The notes below the pieces were generated by a model, which made no database searches, was not told the DNA's origin, and saw nothing but the letters and a program-made list of their open reading frames with translations. Source: Candidatus Latescibacterota bacterium (GTDB lineage: Bacteria > Latescibacterota > UBA2968 > GCA-2709665). Taken from it: DNA of 64,000 nt. Location of the stretch: NCBI GenBank assembly GCA_965208835.1, contig OZ242358.1, positions 1,696,001 to 1,760,000 of the forward strand. Reading direction: 5' to 3'. The first letter of the stretch is position 1, and each line of letters starts with the position of its first letter. This document shows positions 8,413-18,402 of the stretch, one piece after another. The position numbers were made by a program, and so were the translations under genes.

Positions 8413-9914
8413 TTCGGGCCTCCCTTTAGCAGGCACTGCTTGACGGCCGCAAGGCAGATTTCGACGACCGTGTCCGTATTCATGACAAGCGCGTGCACGT
8501 CGTCGCGATTGCCGGACATTTCGATGAGGAAGGCGGCTTGCGCGCCGCGCTCGGCCGCGTATGAGATGCAATAGGGCTCGGGAGGACGGAATTCGGTGAT
8601 GCGGTCCATGTTTACCTGCTGGTACGCGCCCCCGTACGGTTTCTGAGTCAGGTAACGGTTTTCCAGACGGTCCCTGATGTCCGCGTGGATCGCGGCGAGC
8701 AGTGCCCCGTCTCCCTTGTGCGGCAGCATCATAATGTAGTCGGCCGTATGAAAGTCGATGACGCACAGCGGCCGGTGTTCGTCGATAATGCGCTGGATGA
8801 CCCGCGTCTCCCGCTCGGATGCGGCTTTCGTGCCCATGTAATTGTAGTCCCAGGGCATCCGCACGTCCTGCGTGTATTGGAAACCGTCCCAGCTGCAGTC
8901 GAAGTTGCGGTTCAGATCCACGCCCCGGGAGTTCTGGCGGGTGAACCGGTCGAATCCGCCAGGGTTCTGCACCGGCAGTATCTTGATATGCAGATCGCGG
9001 GTATTCAACCCCTCCACGTTCGGATTCTCGCAAAGGACTTCCGCAAGGCGAAGCAGGCCGTACGCGTTCTCCCATTCCCAGCCGTGAATGGCGGCGCCGA
9101 AGTACATCGTGGGCCTTGATTCATCGCCCACGTTCAGGGAATACATCGGCCTGCCGTCGCTGGAGCGTCCTTCGTCCTCCAGATTAAGGTCCGGATACCG
9201 CTCCACCGCGTCGAACATCAGGTCGACGAATCCATCGTAGGATAGTCGTTCCGGAAAGTGTCTGCCGTATCGAACGGCGTTGTTGACGATGTTGCCGAGA
9301 AACAGATATTTGTTCGTGCTTCCCCAGGAATTGTACCAGGGGCGCACCGGAGACGCGAGGTCCATGGCCACGATCCGACCGTCTCCGACGCCCTCTTCGA
9401 GCACCACGGCGCCGCTGTTCAGATTGGATATGCCGAGAGCGGCGACGTTTTCAAAGTATTCCAGACCCAGGACCTGACGCTGGAACATTTGGTTGGCATA
9501 GCTCTGGTCCGGGGCGCTCGTTACGGTCCCGTACCACCACAAGGTGTCGCCGACGGCAAAGCCCCGGGTCACGTCGTTCTCGACCTCGATTCGCATCTCG
9601 GGTCGAATGCGGTCCTGCACGTGGGTTTTGCTGAATTGCATGTCACGATTGCGCGCGTACTCGAAGAGACAGGAGATGACCTGTCCCCCGGATTCCGCGA
9701 ACTCGGTGACGGCGCCGTAGTCCAGTTCATCCAGATTGCGCCCGTCGTTTATGACGGTGATCACGAACTCGTAACGGCCGAGAACACCCGCGTCGAAAGA
9801 TTCGCTTGTAATGTCCAGGCGTCTGACCTTGCCCGGGTAAAGGACGTCGAGATCGGCCCCTATGGTTCCGCCGGGACCGTCCGAGAGCAGGAGGATGTTC
9901 TGATCGGGTTGCAT
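8409..9914 (-). CDS. M14 family zinc carboxypeptidase with N-terminal extension
   Basis: GRSSDGRP, AAIHGWE (HxxE), NPGG, RQNSRGVDLNRNF, SERET, IDFH; start at MQPDQ (9914). Confidence 0.85.
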   Translation of the reverse strand: MQPDQNILLLSDGPGGTIGADLDVLYPGKVRRLDITSESFDAGVLGRYEFVITVINDGRNLDELDYGAVTEFAESGGQVISCLFEYARNRDMQFSKTHVQDRIRPEMRIEVENDVTRGFAVGDTLWWYGTVTSAPDQSYANQMFQRQVLGLEYFENVAALGISNLNSGAVVLEEGVGDGRIVAMDLASPVRPWYNSWGSTNKYLFLGNIVNNAVRYGRHFPERLSYDGFVDLMFDAVERYPDLNLEDEGRSSDGRPMYSLNVGDESRPTMYFGAAIHGWEWENAYGLLRLAEVLCENPNVEGLNTRDLHIKILPVQNPGGFDRFTRQNSRGVDLNRNFDCSWDGFQYTQDVRMPWDYNYMGTKAASERETRVIQRIIDEHRPLCVIDFHTADYIMMLPHKGDGALLAAIHADIRDRLENRYLTQKPYGGAYQQVNMDRITEFRPPEPYCISYAAERGAQAAFLIEMSGNRDDVHALVMNTDTVVEICLAAVKQCLLKGGPK

Positions 9915-9967
9915 GGTCTTACCGCTTTCAGGTGCGGGCGATGCGTGAAACCGGGAAGATCGAGCGG

Positions 9968-10984
9968 CTACGATCCGGTGACTGCCGGAGGGTTGACGAT
10001 ATTTCTGAGCGGCTGGCCGAGCAGGGCTCTTCTGCAGGCTTCGGCGGTACCGGTGCGCAGGTCCACAAGGCTCTGCTCCGAGTAGAAGGCGGAATGCGGC
10101 GTCAGCAGCACGCGATGGTGGGCGGGATGGCCGGGATTGCGCCAGGCGACGACGAGCGGGTCGTCTTCCTTGAGCTGTTCCCACTCGAAGACGTCGATAC
10201 CCGCCCCGGCCAGACGTCCGGATGCAACCGCGTCCGGGATCACCGACGTGTCGACGATCGCGCCGCGGGCGGTGTTCACAAGGTACGAGCCTTCGGGCAT
10301 GAGCGCGATGGCTTCGGCATCGATCAGGTGGCGGGTTTCGTCCGTAAGCGGGCAGTGGATGCTGAGCGTGAAGGCTTGGCCGAGAGTTTCCTCAAGGGAC
10401 TCCACGCGTCGTATTCCGAGGGCCTTGGCGTATCCGTCCGGCTTGTACGGATCGTAAAAACACACGTCCATACCCAGCGCCTTCGCGCGCAGTGCGGCCG
10501 CCGTACCGATACGGCCGAGGCCGACGATGGCAAATACGCTGCCGCGGATGCGTTGAAGGGGTGCCGCCTGGGTGGGCGTCCAGGGTCCCTGTGACGCGCG
10601 CAGGCGGGAGTTGAGAAATGCGGCGCCCCGGATCATGGAGACCGCCATGCCCACGGCCGAATCGGCCACGTCTTCGGTCCCGTAGTCCGGCACGTTGCAA
10701 ACCGGTATGCCCAGTTCACGGGCGTGCGCCACGTCTACATTGTCGAATCCGACGCCGCCGCGCGCAATGACTCTGCAATTCCGGAGACGGTTAAGGGTCG
10801 TCGCGGAAATAACGATATAGTGATAGGGAATAATGGCGTCTGCGTCTTCGATCCTGCCCGCGAGTTCGTCTTCCCGCGTCGCGTTCAGAACCCGGACGTT
10901 GGCAACGTCGCGAAGAATTTCCCTCTCGAGATCGGGATTTGAAATGAAATCCGTGATGACAACGTCTGATTTGCGTCCGGACAT
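9968..10984 (-). CDS. D-2-hydroxyacid dehydrogenase (CtBP-like)
   Basis: GVGFDNVD, CNVPDYG, GLGRIG, HCPLT, NTARG, LTPHSAFYSE. Confidence 0.93.
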   Translation of the reverse strand: MSGRKSDVVITDFISNPDLEREILRDVANVRVLNATREDELAGRIEDADAIIPYHYIVISATTLNRLRNCRVIARGGVGFDNVDVAHARELGIPVCNVPDYGTEDVADSAVGMAVSMIRGAAFLNSRLRASQGPWTPTQAAPLQRIRGSVFAIVGLGRIGTAAALRAKALGMDVCFYDPYKPDGYAKALGIRRVESLEETLGQAFTLSIHCPLTDETRHLIDAEAIALMPEGSYLVNTARGAIVDTSVIPDAVASGRLAGAGIDVFEWEQLKEDDPLVVAWRNPGHPAHHRVLLTPHSAFYSEQSLVDLRTGTAEACRRALLGQPLRNIVNPPAVTGS

Positions 10985-11140
10985 ATCGGATATGGCAACG
11001 TGATAGAGAGAAGGGTCGGGCCGCGGGTCGCGACCGATCGGGACAACAACCTATGTTCGTATTCCAGGCGAGTCAAGCCCATTCCGGTGAGCCGGAGCGA
11101 TCCGGGTGGACGGGTCGCGCGGCGGGGTCTGCCGCCTCCC

Positions 11141-12397
11141 TCAACTGTCGAACCCGAGGCCGCGCCAGCGCTCGCGGGCGTAACGGATGGCCTCCGCGCC
11201 GGGTTTCACAATACCACGCGTGCTGGGAGGGGGCTGCCCGGGACCGGCGTCTTCCGGGTAGGGCGACCAGTGGTCCTCCACGTAGGGCCTGCTTGCCGTC
11301 TTCAGTCGAAAATCGGGAATGGGATACGGAGCGCCGTTTTCGAGGCATGACCGCCAGGCCTGCACGCCGACGGCGGCCATGGCGACGCCCCGGTACACGT
11401 TCAGGTACGGCTGGCGGCCCGAACGGATGGCGCGTGCGAAGTGGAAATTGGTCCAGAAATCTCCGCCTCCGTGGCCGGCCTTCCGGGCAAGATCGCCGTG
11501 TTCCGGCCAGTCGGCGGTGTACGTCCGGTCCAGCGGCTGTCCCTTGTCCCGCAGCCAATCTTCGTGGTGAATGCGGACGCAGCTCCAGTGGTTGGGTTCG
11601 GCGGTGGCGATGAGGCCCCGTTCCCCGTGGATTTCGTAGCGCACCCGGTGTACGGAACTGAGCTGCAGGCCCAGAATCCGAAAGACGGCGCCGTTATCCA
11701 TGCGTACGAGAATCAGACCGCCCTGATCTCCCACGCGCACGCGGTGCGGAGACTGGGTGGGTTCTTCGACGATCGACAGCGCGTTGACGGAGACGGGCAT
11801 GGTCCCGGTGATGCACATCAGCGGCGCGAGCGCGTGGCTGCAGTAATAGGTGGGCGGGATCCAGTTGCGCCAGTGATTCAGCCCGGGGGAGATGCCCAGG
11901 CGCCAGTCTTCCTCGGCGGCGTGGTTGTATTCCCCTTCGGCGTACGTGACGTTTCCGATCTCTCCGCTGCGGTACAGGCGGCGCAACTCCTGGTTGGCGG
12001 AGGAGAAAGGGTAGTTTTCAGCGAACATAAAGATCCGGCCGCTGGCTTCCACCGCGCGGCAGAGGGCAACGCCTTCGGCGAGCGTCTTGCACGCGGCGGT
12101 TTCGCTCATGACGTGCTTTTCAGCCTGAAGCGCCTTGATGGCGAATGGCGCGTGCTCGTGGCTGTAGTTCGCCAGGATAACCGCATCCATTTCATGTTCG
12201 AGGAAACGGTCGTAGTCCGTGTACGTGGCCACCCCGTATTCCCGGCCGACCTGTTCGAGTTTCTCCTTCCAGATGTCGCAGAGCGCCACGAGTTTCATGC
12301 CCACCGTGTCGGTCGCGCCCCGGGCGAAGCTCTGTCCCCGGCCCACGCCGATTATGCCGACCCGGATGGGCCGCTCATCGGTCTGATGCTGTGTCAT
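11141..12397 (-). CDS. Gfo/Idh/MocA oxidoreductase
   Basis: RVGIIGVG, HVMSET, AENY, GHGGGDF. Confidence 0.9.
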   Translation of the reverse strand: MTQHQTDERPIRVGIIGVGRGQSFARGATDTVGMKLVALCDIWKEKLEQVGREYGVATYTDYDRFLEHEMDAVILANYSHEHAPFAIKALQAEKHVMSETAACKTLAEGVALCRAVEASGRIFMFAENYPFSSANQELRRLYRSGEIGNVTYAEGEYNHAAEEDWRLGISPGLNHWRNWIPPTYYCSHALAPLMCITGTMPVSVNALSIVEEPTQSPHRVRVGDQGGLILVRMDNGAVFRILGLQLSSVHRVRYEIHGERGLIATAEPNHWSCVRIHHEDWLRDKGQPLDRTYTADWPEHGDLARKAGHGGGDFWTNFHFARAIRSGRQPYLNVYRGVAMAAVGVQAWRSCLENGAPYPIPDFRLKTASRPYVEDHWSPYPEDAGPGQPPPSTRGIVKPGAEAIRYARERWRGLGFDS

Positions 12398-12470
12398 AAG
12401 CGGTGCTCCTCACGCCCTGGACTGAGGGCATAAATCGCAAATCGAACGTGACTGAAGTCGCTCAGGGCAA

Positions 12471-13328
12471 TTAAAATTCGAGCAGCCGTCGAAGATACGC
12501 GCCCTGTTCGCCGACCTTGGCATCGTCTTCGCCGGGCCCGAAGTCTTCCAGCGAAAGGTACCCCGAATAGCCGACGTCTTTGAAATCACTGACGATCCGG
12601 GCGATGTCGGCAATACCTTCCCGCATGTCGGCGAAGTCCCACTCCCAGACTTGTGCGCCGGTATCGTCGCGTCCGGTGACGACGGGCTTGCCGTTGCCGA
12701 TGTGGCAATGGGCGAGATAGGGACCCAGCAATTCCATGCCCATCCTGGTATCTTCCAGACCCACGCGCAGCATGTTCGGAATGTCGTAGATGGCGCCGAT
12801 TCGGTCCGGATCCAGGTCTCGCAGCAGCTCGATAGCGCGCGAACAGGTGACGGCGACGGTGCCCACGTGGATTTCGTAGAGGATTTTGACGTTGAACTGT
12901 CGCGCAGTTTCAACGAGGTTCGCGAAACCTGCGCGTGCATTGAGAAACTGGGGCCAGTAGGGCTGCGTCCTGTCGTGCCTTGGCGCGCCGATGCGGATCA
13001 TGGGCGGGTTGTCCGGATTCAGCGTGGCGGCGCCCCGGAACAGTTTCTCCACGATTGGGGACTCTTCCAGCGTCACGTTCGGGGCCAGCGCGATCACCTG
13101 TACGCCGGACCGTCTCTGGGCCGCGCGGATCGCTTCTGCCTTATGGATGATATTGTCGGGGCTGACATCGGACAGGTGACGGCCCCAGAAAGAGGGTTCC
13201 TCGGCATCGTCTTCGGGGTTGTAACGACAGCGCAGCTCGACGCCGTCGTACCCGTGTTCGGCCAGCTTGTCGAAGGTGAGATCCAGGTCCCAGCGGGGTA
13301 GCATTACGGACGTACAGGAGAGTTTCAT
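12471..13328 (-). CDS. Sugar phosphate isomerase/epimerase (xylose isomerase-like TIM barrel)
   Basis: GYDGVELR, YEIH, YDIPN, HCH, GYSGYLSLE. Confidence 0.88.
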   Translation of the reverse strand: MKLSCTSVMLPRWDLDLTFDKLAEHGYDGVELRCRYNPEDDAEEPSFWGRHLSDVSPDNIIHKAEAIRAAQRRSGVQVIALAPNVTLEESPIVEKLFRGAATLNPDNPPMIRIGAPRHDRTQPYWPQFLNARAGFANLVETARQFNVKILYEIHVGTVAVTCSRAIELLRDLDPDRIGAIYDIPNMLRVGLEDTRMGMELLGPYLAHCHIGNGKPVVTGRDDTGAQVWEWDFADMREGIADIARIVSDFKDVGYSGYLSLEDFGPGEDDAKVGEQGAYLRRLLEF

Positions 13329-13351
13329 AGCGCCTCCGGCTTCGCGGACGG

Positions 13352-14416
13352 TTACGGAATGAACCGGGTTTTCGGTGTGATTGACAAAATGAACTCCGTG
13401 AGCAGGGCTACGGTTCGATCCAGGTCCTTCAACGAGAGAATTTCCACCGGAGTGTGCATATAACGCAGCGCCACGCTCACGAGGCCGGTAGCCACGCCGG
13501 CGCGCGTTAGCTGAATGGCGTTCGCGTCCGTTCCGGTTCCGCCCGCCGCGGCTTCGATCTGATACGGCACATCGGCCTTTCGCGCCGCAGCCACGAGGCG
13601 CTTGAAGACGACCGGATTGATGTTGGCTCCACGGGCGATGACAGGGCCTGCCCCCACCTTCAGGTCGCCGTCCCTTCGTTTGTCCACGTCCGGATGATCG
13701 GTGGCGCAGGCGACGTCCAGGCCGATGCCGAGGTGCGGGTTGATTCCGTAAGCGCTGGTTTTGGCGCCGCGCAGCCCGATCTCCTCCTGGACGGTGGCGA
13801 CGGCGAACAGGGCAGCGCCGGACGTCTTTCCGGAACGGGCAACGCAGCGCAGGGTCTCCGCCGCGACGTAGGCGCCCATCTTGTTGTCGAAAGCGCGGGA
13901 GGCGGCCAGGTCTCCGCGGATGACCTCGAAATTGGGATCGTAGGTGACCGGGTCGCCGATATCGACGACTTTTCCGGCCTCCTTGTTGTCCGATGCACCA
14001 ATGTCAATCCAGAGATCGTGGATCCGCGGCGTTTTCTTTCTGTCTTCACCCGTCATCAGATGGATGGGTTTCTTGCCGAATACGCCGGGTATGGCACCGG
14101 ATGACGTGTGTATGCGGACTTTCCTGCCCGGGATGATGTTGGTGTCGAAGCCGCCGATCGCATTGACGTAGATGAATCCGTTGTCGTCGATATGGTTGAC
14201 CTGGAAACCCAGTTCATCCATGTGCCCGGCCAGCATGACTCGCGGGCTTCCTTTGGCATTGTGGACGGCAATCGCATTGCCGTGCGCGTCGACGGTAACT
14301 TTATCCGCGTATTTCTTCGTTTGCGCCGTCCAGACGTCGCGGACGGGACCTTCGTACCCGGATGGACCGGGCGCATTGAGCATGGATTCGAGAAAGGCAC
14401 GGGAAGATTTGCGCAT
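13352..14416 (-). CDS. M42 family metallo-aminopeptidase
   Basis: GPSGYE, AGHMDELG, RAFDNKMG, VQEEIGLRGA, GTDA, RYMHTPVE. Confidence 0.95.
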   Translation of the reverse strand: MRKSSRAFLESMLNAPGPSGYEGPVRDVWTAQTKKYADKVTVDAHGNAIAVHNAKGSPRVMLAGHMDELGFQVNHIDDNGFIYVNAIGGFDTNIIPGRKVRIHTSSGAIPGVFGKKPIHLMTGEDRKKTPRIHDLWIDIGASDNKEAGKVVDIGDPVTYDPNFEVIRGDLAASRAFDNKMGAYVAAETLRCVARSGKTSGAALFAVATVQEEIGLRGAKTSAYGINPHLGIGLDVACATDHPDVDKRRDGDLKVGAGPVIARGANINPVVFKRLVAAARKADVPYQIEAAAGGTGTDANAIQLTRAGVATGLVSVALRYMHTPVEILSLKDLDRTVALLTEFILSITPKTRFIP

Positions 14417-14426
14417 CGGTCTCCTT

Positions 14427-15455
14427 TCAGGTAGCAGAGCGTTTACGGCATTGTTCGATAACGCGAATCAATTCCCGTGACTCATGGGTCTTGATATGGG
14501 GCTCCGCGTTTTTCGTCAATGTTTCATGGATGTTCGCGTAAAAATCGAGTTGGGCTTCGGAACGAATCGGCACGGTCTCTTCCCGCCAGGGTAGCCGGTC
14601 CTTGTTGTCATAGCTGCGCCCTGGCGCCGCACCCTCGAAAACCCTCAGTTCCGGCGCCTGATCGGGATCGTAATACCGGATTTGAAAGGCGTTTTCCGAC
14701 TGGACGAGGGATCCGTATCGCCCGCACACGTGCCAGGGCGGAAGGGGCAGGGCGGCCGCCTGATTTATCTCCAGATCGAGGAGCTGACTGCGCCGGGTCC
14801 TGAGCCAGACTTTCACCACGTCGTCCGCGTCGCCACGTGTCGCGACGGACCAGAGATTGCATTGTGTATCGACAATGGGCGTGCCGTCGGACAGATACAG
14901 CAACTGGTCGATATAGTGGGCGCCGTAGTTGTTGAGCATACCGCCGCCGTGTTTGCGCAGGCTCTGCCAGTCGTTTCGGCGCACGTAACGCGTCAGCAGG
15001 CGGCGGATCAGGTAGACGGGGCCAAGGATTCCACTGTCGAGGATGCCTTTGAGCGTCTGAGTTTCAGCCGCAAGACGATGCGGCTGGTAGACGAGCACGC
15101 GGCGACCGTGCCGCTCCGACTCTTCAACAATGCGGTCGGCCGATTTGAGGGTCGTGGTCATCGGCTTTTCGAGGATGACGTGACAACTTTCGCGCAGCGC
15201 TCTCCGGGCGTGACGTTCGTGATGTTTCGTAGGCGTGGCGACGACCAGTATTTCGGGGTGCTCTTTTTTCCAGAACGCTCCGAGAGTCTTGTAGGTCCGG
15301 CAACCGGAAAGTGCGGCGGCCTCCTCGAGACGCTCGGGGAGCGGGTCGATTACGGCGACGAGCTGAAAATCCGGCGTGTCTTTGAGTTCGTTGAAGTGCC
15401 TGGACCATCCGGCCCTGCCCAGTCCCGCGATCGCTACATCCAGCTTCTTCGCCAT
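14427..15455 (-). CDS. Gfo/Idh/MocA oxidoreductase
   Basis: IAGLGRAG, ILEKPM, RRNDWQ, GGMLNNYGAHYIDQ. Confidence 0.92.
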   Translation of the reverse strand: MAKKLDVAIAGLGRAGWSRHFNELKDTPDFQLVAVIDPLPERLEEAAALSGCRTYKTLGAFWKKEHPEILVVATPTKHHERHARRALRESCHVILEKPMTTTLKSADRIVEESERHGRRVLVYQPHRLAAETQTLKGILDSGILGPVYLIRRLLTRYVRRNDWQSLRKHGGGMLNNYGAHYIDQLLYLSDGTPIVDTQCNLWSVATRGDADDVVKVWLRTRRSQLLDLEINQAAALPLPPWHVCGRYGSLVQSENAFQIRYYDPDQAPELRVFEGAAPGRSYDNKDRLPWREETVPIRSEAQLDFYANIHETLTKNAEPHIKTHESRELIRVIEQCRKRSAT

Positions 15456-15472
15456 GGGCGCATCCTGAAAAG

Positions 15473-15501
15473 TTGACGGTTCCGCCTTCTCTGTCTATAT
15501 T
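15473..15501 (+). promoter_or_regulatory. Putative sigma70 promoter for the membrane protein-polX unit
   Basis: TTGACG-17 nt-TATATT. Confidence 0.55.
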
Positions 15502-15682
15502 CCTGCGAACGGCGTAGAAGATAAATCCTGCGACCCAAATGTCCACAGAAATCATGAGGGGTTTTCGCTGGTTTCGGGCGTAACGGGTGCGTGTATTCCA
15601 ATCAGGAATCATCAGCGGGAGGATTGCGGTGGGAAACGGGTCAGAACGTCCGGATGCTTCCGAGGGGGTCAGATCGACGACG

Positions 15683-16204
15683 ATGCAGGCGGCCATTCTG
15701 GGCATGCTCGTTGTGAATGTTCCGCTGCTGCTGGTCAGCTTCGGGATGGGTTACGCGTCGCGGTTCGACTGGATGTCCGTATCCGTAAGCGCCCATCTGA
15801 AGGTGGGGCTTCTTGCCGCATTTCTGACGGTGCTGACGCAGACGACAACGATGTTTTACTTTATGGGAACGGGCTCCGCCATCAAGTCCGAGGTCCGGGA
15901 GCGAGGTCTGAATCCGGAGTTTCTTGCCCGCGCCCGCGCGTTCAAGGGCAGTTTCTTCTACCTTCTGACGCTCGGTATTCTGCTGATTATGGCCGCGGCG
16001 ATGATCGGCGGCGGCGCGCACGCCGACCTGCTTTGGAGCGGCGGCGAAGGGGGCCGCACGTTTTATCAGATCCTGCACGAGGTCCTGGCGATCCTGAGTC
16101 TTCTGGTGAATATGATCGCATTCGCCCTCACCCCTTTCTATATCCAGAAGAACAACCGGCTGCTGGACGACGTGGGAAGTACCCGGGGGGCGGCGCAGGA
16201 GTAG
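15683..16204 (+). CDS. Hypothetical 4-TM membrane protein
   Basis: Four hydrophobic segments and a charged loop YFMGTGSAIK; start codon uncertain. Confidence 0.7.
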   Translation: MQAAILGMLVVNVPLLLVSFGMGYASRFDWMSVSVSAHLKVGLLAAFLTVLTQTTTMFYFMGTGSAIKSEVRERGLNPEFLARARAFKGSFFYLLTLGILLIMAAAMIGGGAHADLLWSGGEGGRTFYQILHEVLAILSLLVNMIAFALTPFYIQKNNRLLDDVGSTRGAAQE

Positions 16205-16300
16205 ACTGTCACGTCGGGAAGCAACGGGTGTCAATCAAGTGCAGGGTTGAGCGGGCGGCGGAGCGCCTGAGATGGCCTGCAGGCAGATCACGGAGGAGAT

Positions 16301-18016
16301 ATGGACAACCGGGAGGTCGCGGAAATCCTGGAAGAGATGGCCACGTTGATGGAATTGAACGGCGACGGCGGTTTTCGCATACGCGCGTACGCCAATGCCG
16401 CCCGGGCAATCGATTCCCTTGGGGATCCGGTTGCGGCGCTGGCAGCATCGGGAACGCTGGTTTCGGTCCGGGGAATCGGAAAGAGTCTCGCGGGCCGGAT
16501 CGGCGAACTCGTGGAAACCGGCCATCTGTCCGGTCTGGATGAATTGAAGGCGTCGGTCCCGGAGGGATTGATGGAAATGACTGAAATACCGGGACTTGGG
16601 GCCAAACGAGTTCGCGCGATCTACGAAGAGTTGGGCATCGTGGACATCGATGCGCTCTCCAGAGCCTGCGATTCAGGCGATCTCGAGGCGATGAGCGGAT
16701 TCGGCCGGAAGACCGCCGAACGGATCGCACACGGCATTCAATACATGCAGAAGCACCGGGGGCAGTTTCTGTGCAATGGCGCAGGCCACGACGCGGCAGG
16801 GATTCGTGCATTTCTCGAGGACCAGGCAAACGTTGATCGCGTGGCCATGGCCGGATCGATCCGGCGCCGCAGCGAAACGCACAGCGCCCTGGATCTCGTC
16901 GCGTGCACAAGGGATCCCGACGGGCTGGTCGGGGCATTTACCGGTTATGGAGAAGTGGAGGAGGTAGTCGAAGCCGGGGAAACGCGGGTGAGTGTCGTGT
17001 TGGAGTCGGGCATGCGCGCAAACCTGTGGCTGGTGGCGGCGGCGGCGTTTCCGACTGCGCTGCATCACGTGACGGGAAACGAGGCGCATGTTGAGCAGAT
17101 GCGGGACAGAGCGTCTGAAATGGGTCTGCGGTTGGACGAGTACGGATTGTTCGACGGCGAGCGTCGAATCCCCTGCGGAGACGAGGCCGCGATGTTCGAA
17201 GCGCTGGGGCTGTCCGAAATCCCGCCGGAACTGCGCGAGGGTGGAAACGAGGTCCGGCTGGCAGGCGCCGGTGAACTGCCTGCTCTTGTGTCACGCGCCG
17301 ACCTCCGAGGGACATTGCACATTCATACCCGGCACAGCGACGGCCGTGCGGACGTCATGGAGATGGCGAAGGCGGCGGCAGATCTGGGTTACGAGTATAT
17401 CGGGATTTGCGACCACAGCAAGGCCGCGGCCTATGCAAACGGTCTGACCGAGGACAGGGTCCGCGTCCAGTGGGAGGAAATTGACAGCGTGAACGCTGAA
17501 CTCGAAGATGTCCGGGTGTTGAAGGGCATCGAGGTGGACATACTCGGCGACGGACGGCTGGATTTCGAGGACGAATTCCTCTCTGAGTTCGAAGTCGTCG
17601 TGGCGTCGGTGCATTCCAGGTTCGGCATGACCGAATCCGAGGCGACGGAGCGGATCGTGCGTGCGGTCCGGAATCCTCACGTGCATATCCTGGGACATCC
17701 CACGGGGCGATTGCTGCTTTCGCGAGAGGGTTACCCGCTGGATCACCGCGCCGTCATCGACGCGGCGGCGGAGGCGAATACCGCCATCGAGCTGAATGCA
17801 AATCCGCGGCGGCTGGACATGGACTGGCGGCATATCGGATACGCGAGGGAAAAAGGCGTGAAGATTTCCATTAATACCGATGCCCACAGCATAGAGGGAC
17901 TGGAGCAGATGGAGTACGGACTCGGGGTCGGCCGTAAGGGTGGACTGACCGCCGCGGACGTTCTGAACGCGATGACCCTGGATGACTATCAGGCCTGGTG
18001 CGCGGAATCCAAATAA
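16301..18016 (+). CDS. polX: Family X DNA polymerase/PHP 3'-5' exonuclease (non-canonical polymerase site)
   Basis: MDNREVAEILEE..FRIRAY, HhH GIGK and GLGAK, GSIRR, IPPELRE, PHP motifs HIHT, DHS, GIEVDI, GHPT, NTDAH. Confidence 0.95.
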   Translation: MDNREVAEILEEMATLMELNGDGGFRIRAYANAARAIDSLGDPVAALAASGTLVSVRGIGKSLAGRIGELVETGHLSGLDELKASVPEGLMEMTEIPGLGAKRVRAIYEELGIVDIDALSRACDSGDLEAMSGFGRKTAERIAHGIQYMQKHRGQFLCNGAGHDAAGIRAFLEDQANVDRVAMAGSIRRRSETHSALDLVACTRDPDGLVGAFTGYGEVEEVVEAGETRVSVVLESGMRANLWLVAAAAFPTALHHVTGNEAHVEQMRDRASEMGLRLDEYGLFDGERRIPCGDEAAMFEALGLSEIPPELREGGNEVRLAGAGELPALVSRADLRGTLHIHTRHSDGRADVMEMAKAAADLGYEYIGICDHSKAAAYANGLTEDRVRVQWEEIDSVNAELEDVRVLKGIEVDILGDGRLDFEDEFLSEFEVVVASVHSRFGMTESEATERIVRAVRNPHVHILGHPTGRLLLSREGYPLDHRAVIDAAAEANTAIELNANPRRLDMDWRHIGYAREKGVKISINTDAHSIEGLEQMEYGLGVGRKGGLTAADVLNAMTLDDYQAWCAESK

Positions 18017-18021
18017 ACGGG

Positions 18022-18345
18022 AAACATGGATGGACAGGATTATCAGGATAAAGACCACAGGCTTAGATGCGTCAGTCGTACTCGCTTTGGTTGAACGATT
18101 ATGCCTCTAGCAACCTATAGTTTTCATGCTCAACAGCAGTGATAGAGCCGGTCGAAGCTAGCTTGTCGAAGCGGTCGCTGAACTTACCAAAACGTGGTCA
18201 CTGAGCTTGTCGAAGTGCCGTGTATCGCCATCAGATAGGTCCCCCAAACCGCCCTGCGCCGACTTCTGCGCCGTCAGGTTTGGGTAATTTTCCGGGTTTT
18301 CCCATATTTCGCCTTTAATCCTGCCTATCCTGTGTATCCATGTTT
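18022..18345. repeat. Non-coding element with 32-bp imperfect inverted ends and internal GAGCTTGTCGAAG-type repeats
   Basis: Left AAACATGGATGGACAGGATTATCAGGATAAAG vs reverse complement of right end AAACATGGATACACAGGATAGGCAGGATTAAA. Confidence 0.7.
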
Positions 18346-18402
18346 GAAGTCGTTCGCAGCCATTCGCCGAAGGTCACCAACTGCAACTGACAGGGAGGTC
18401 GC

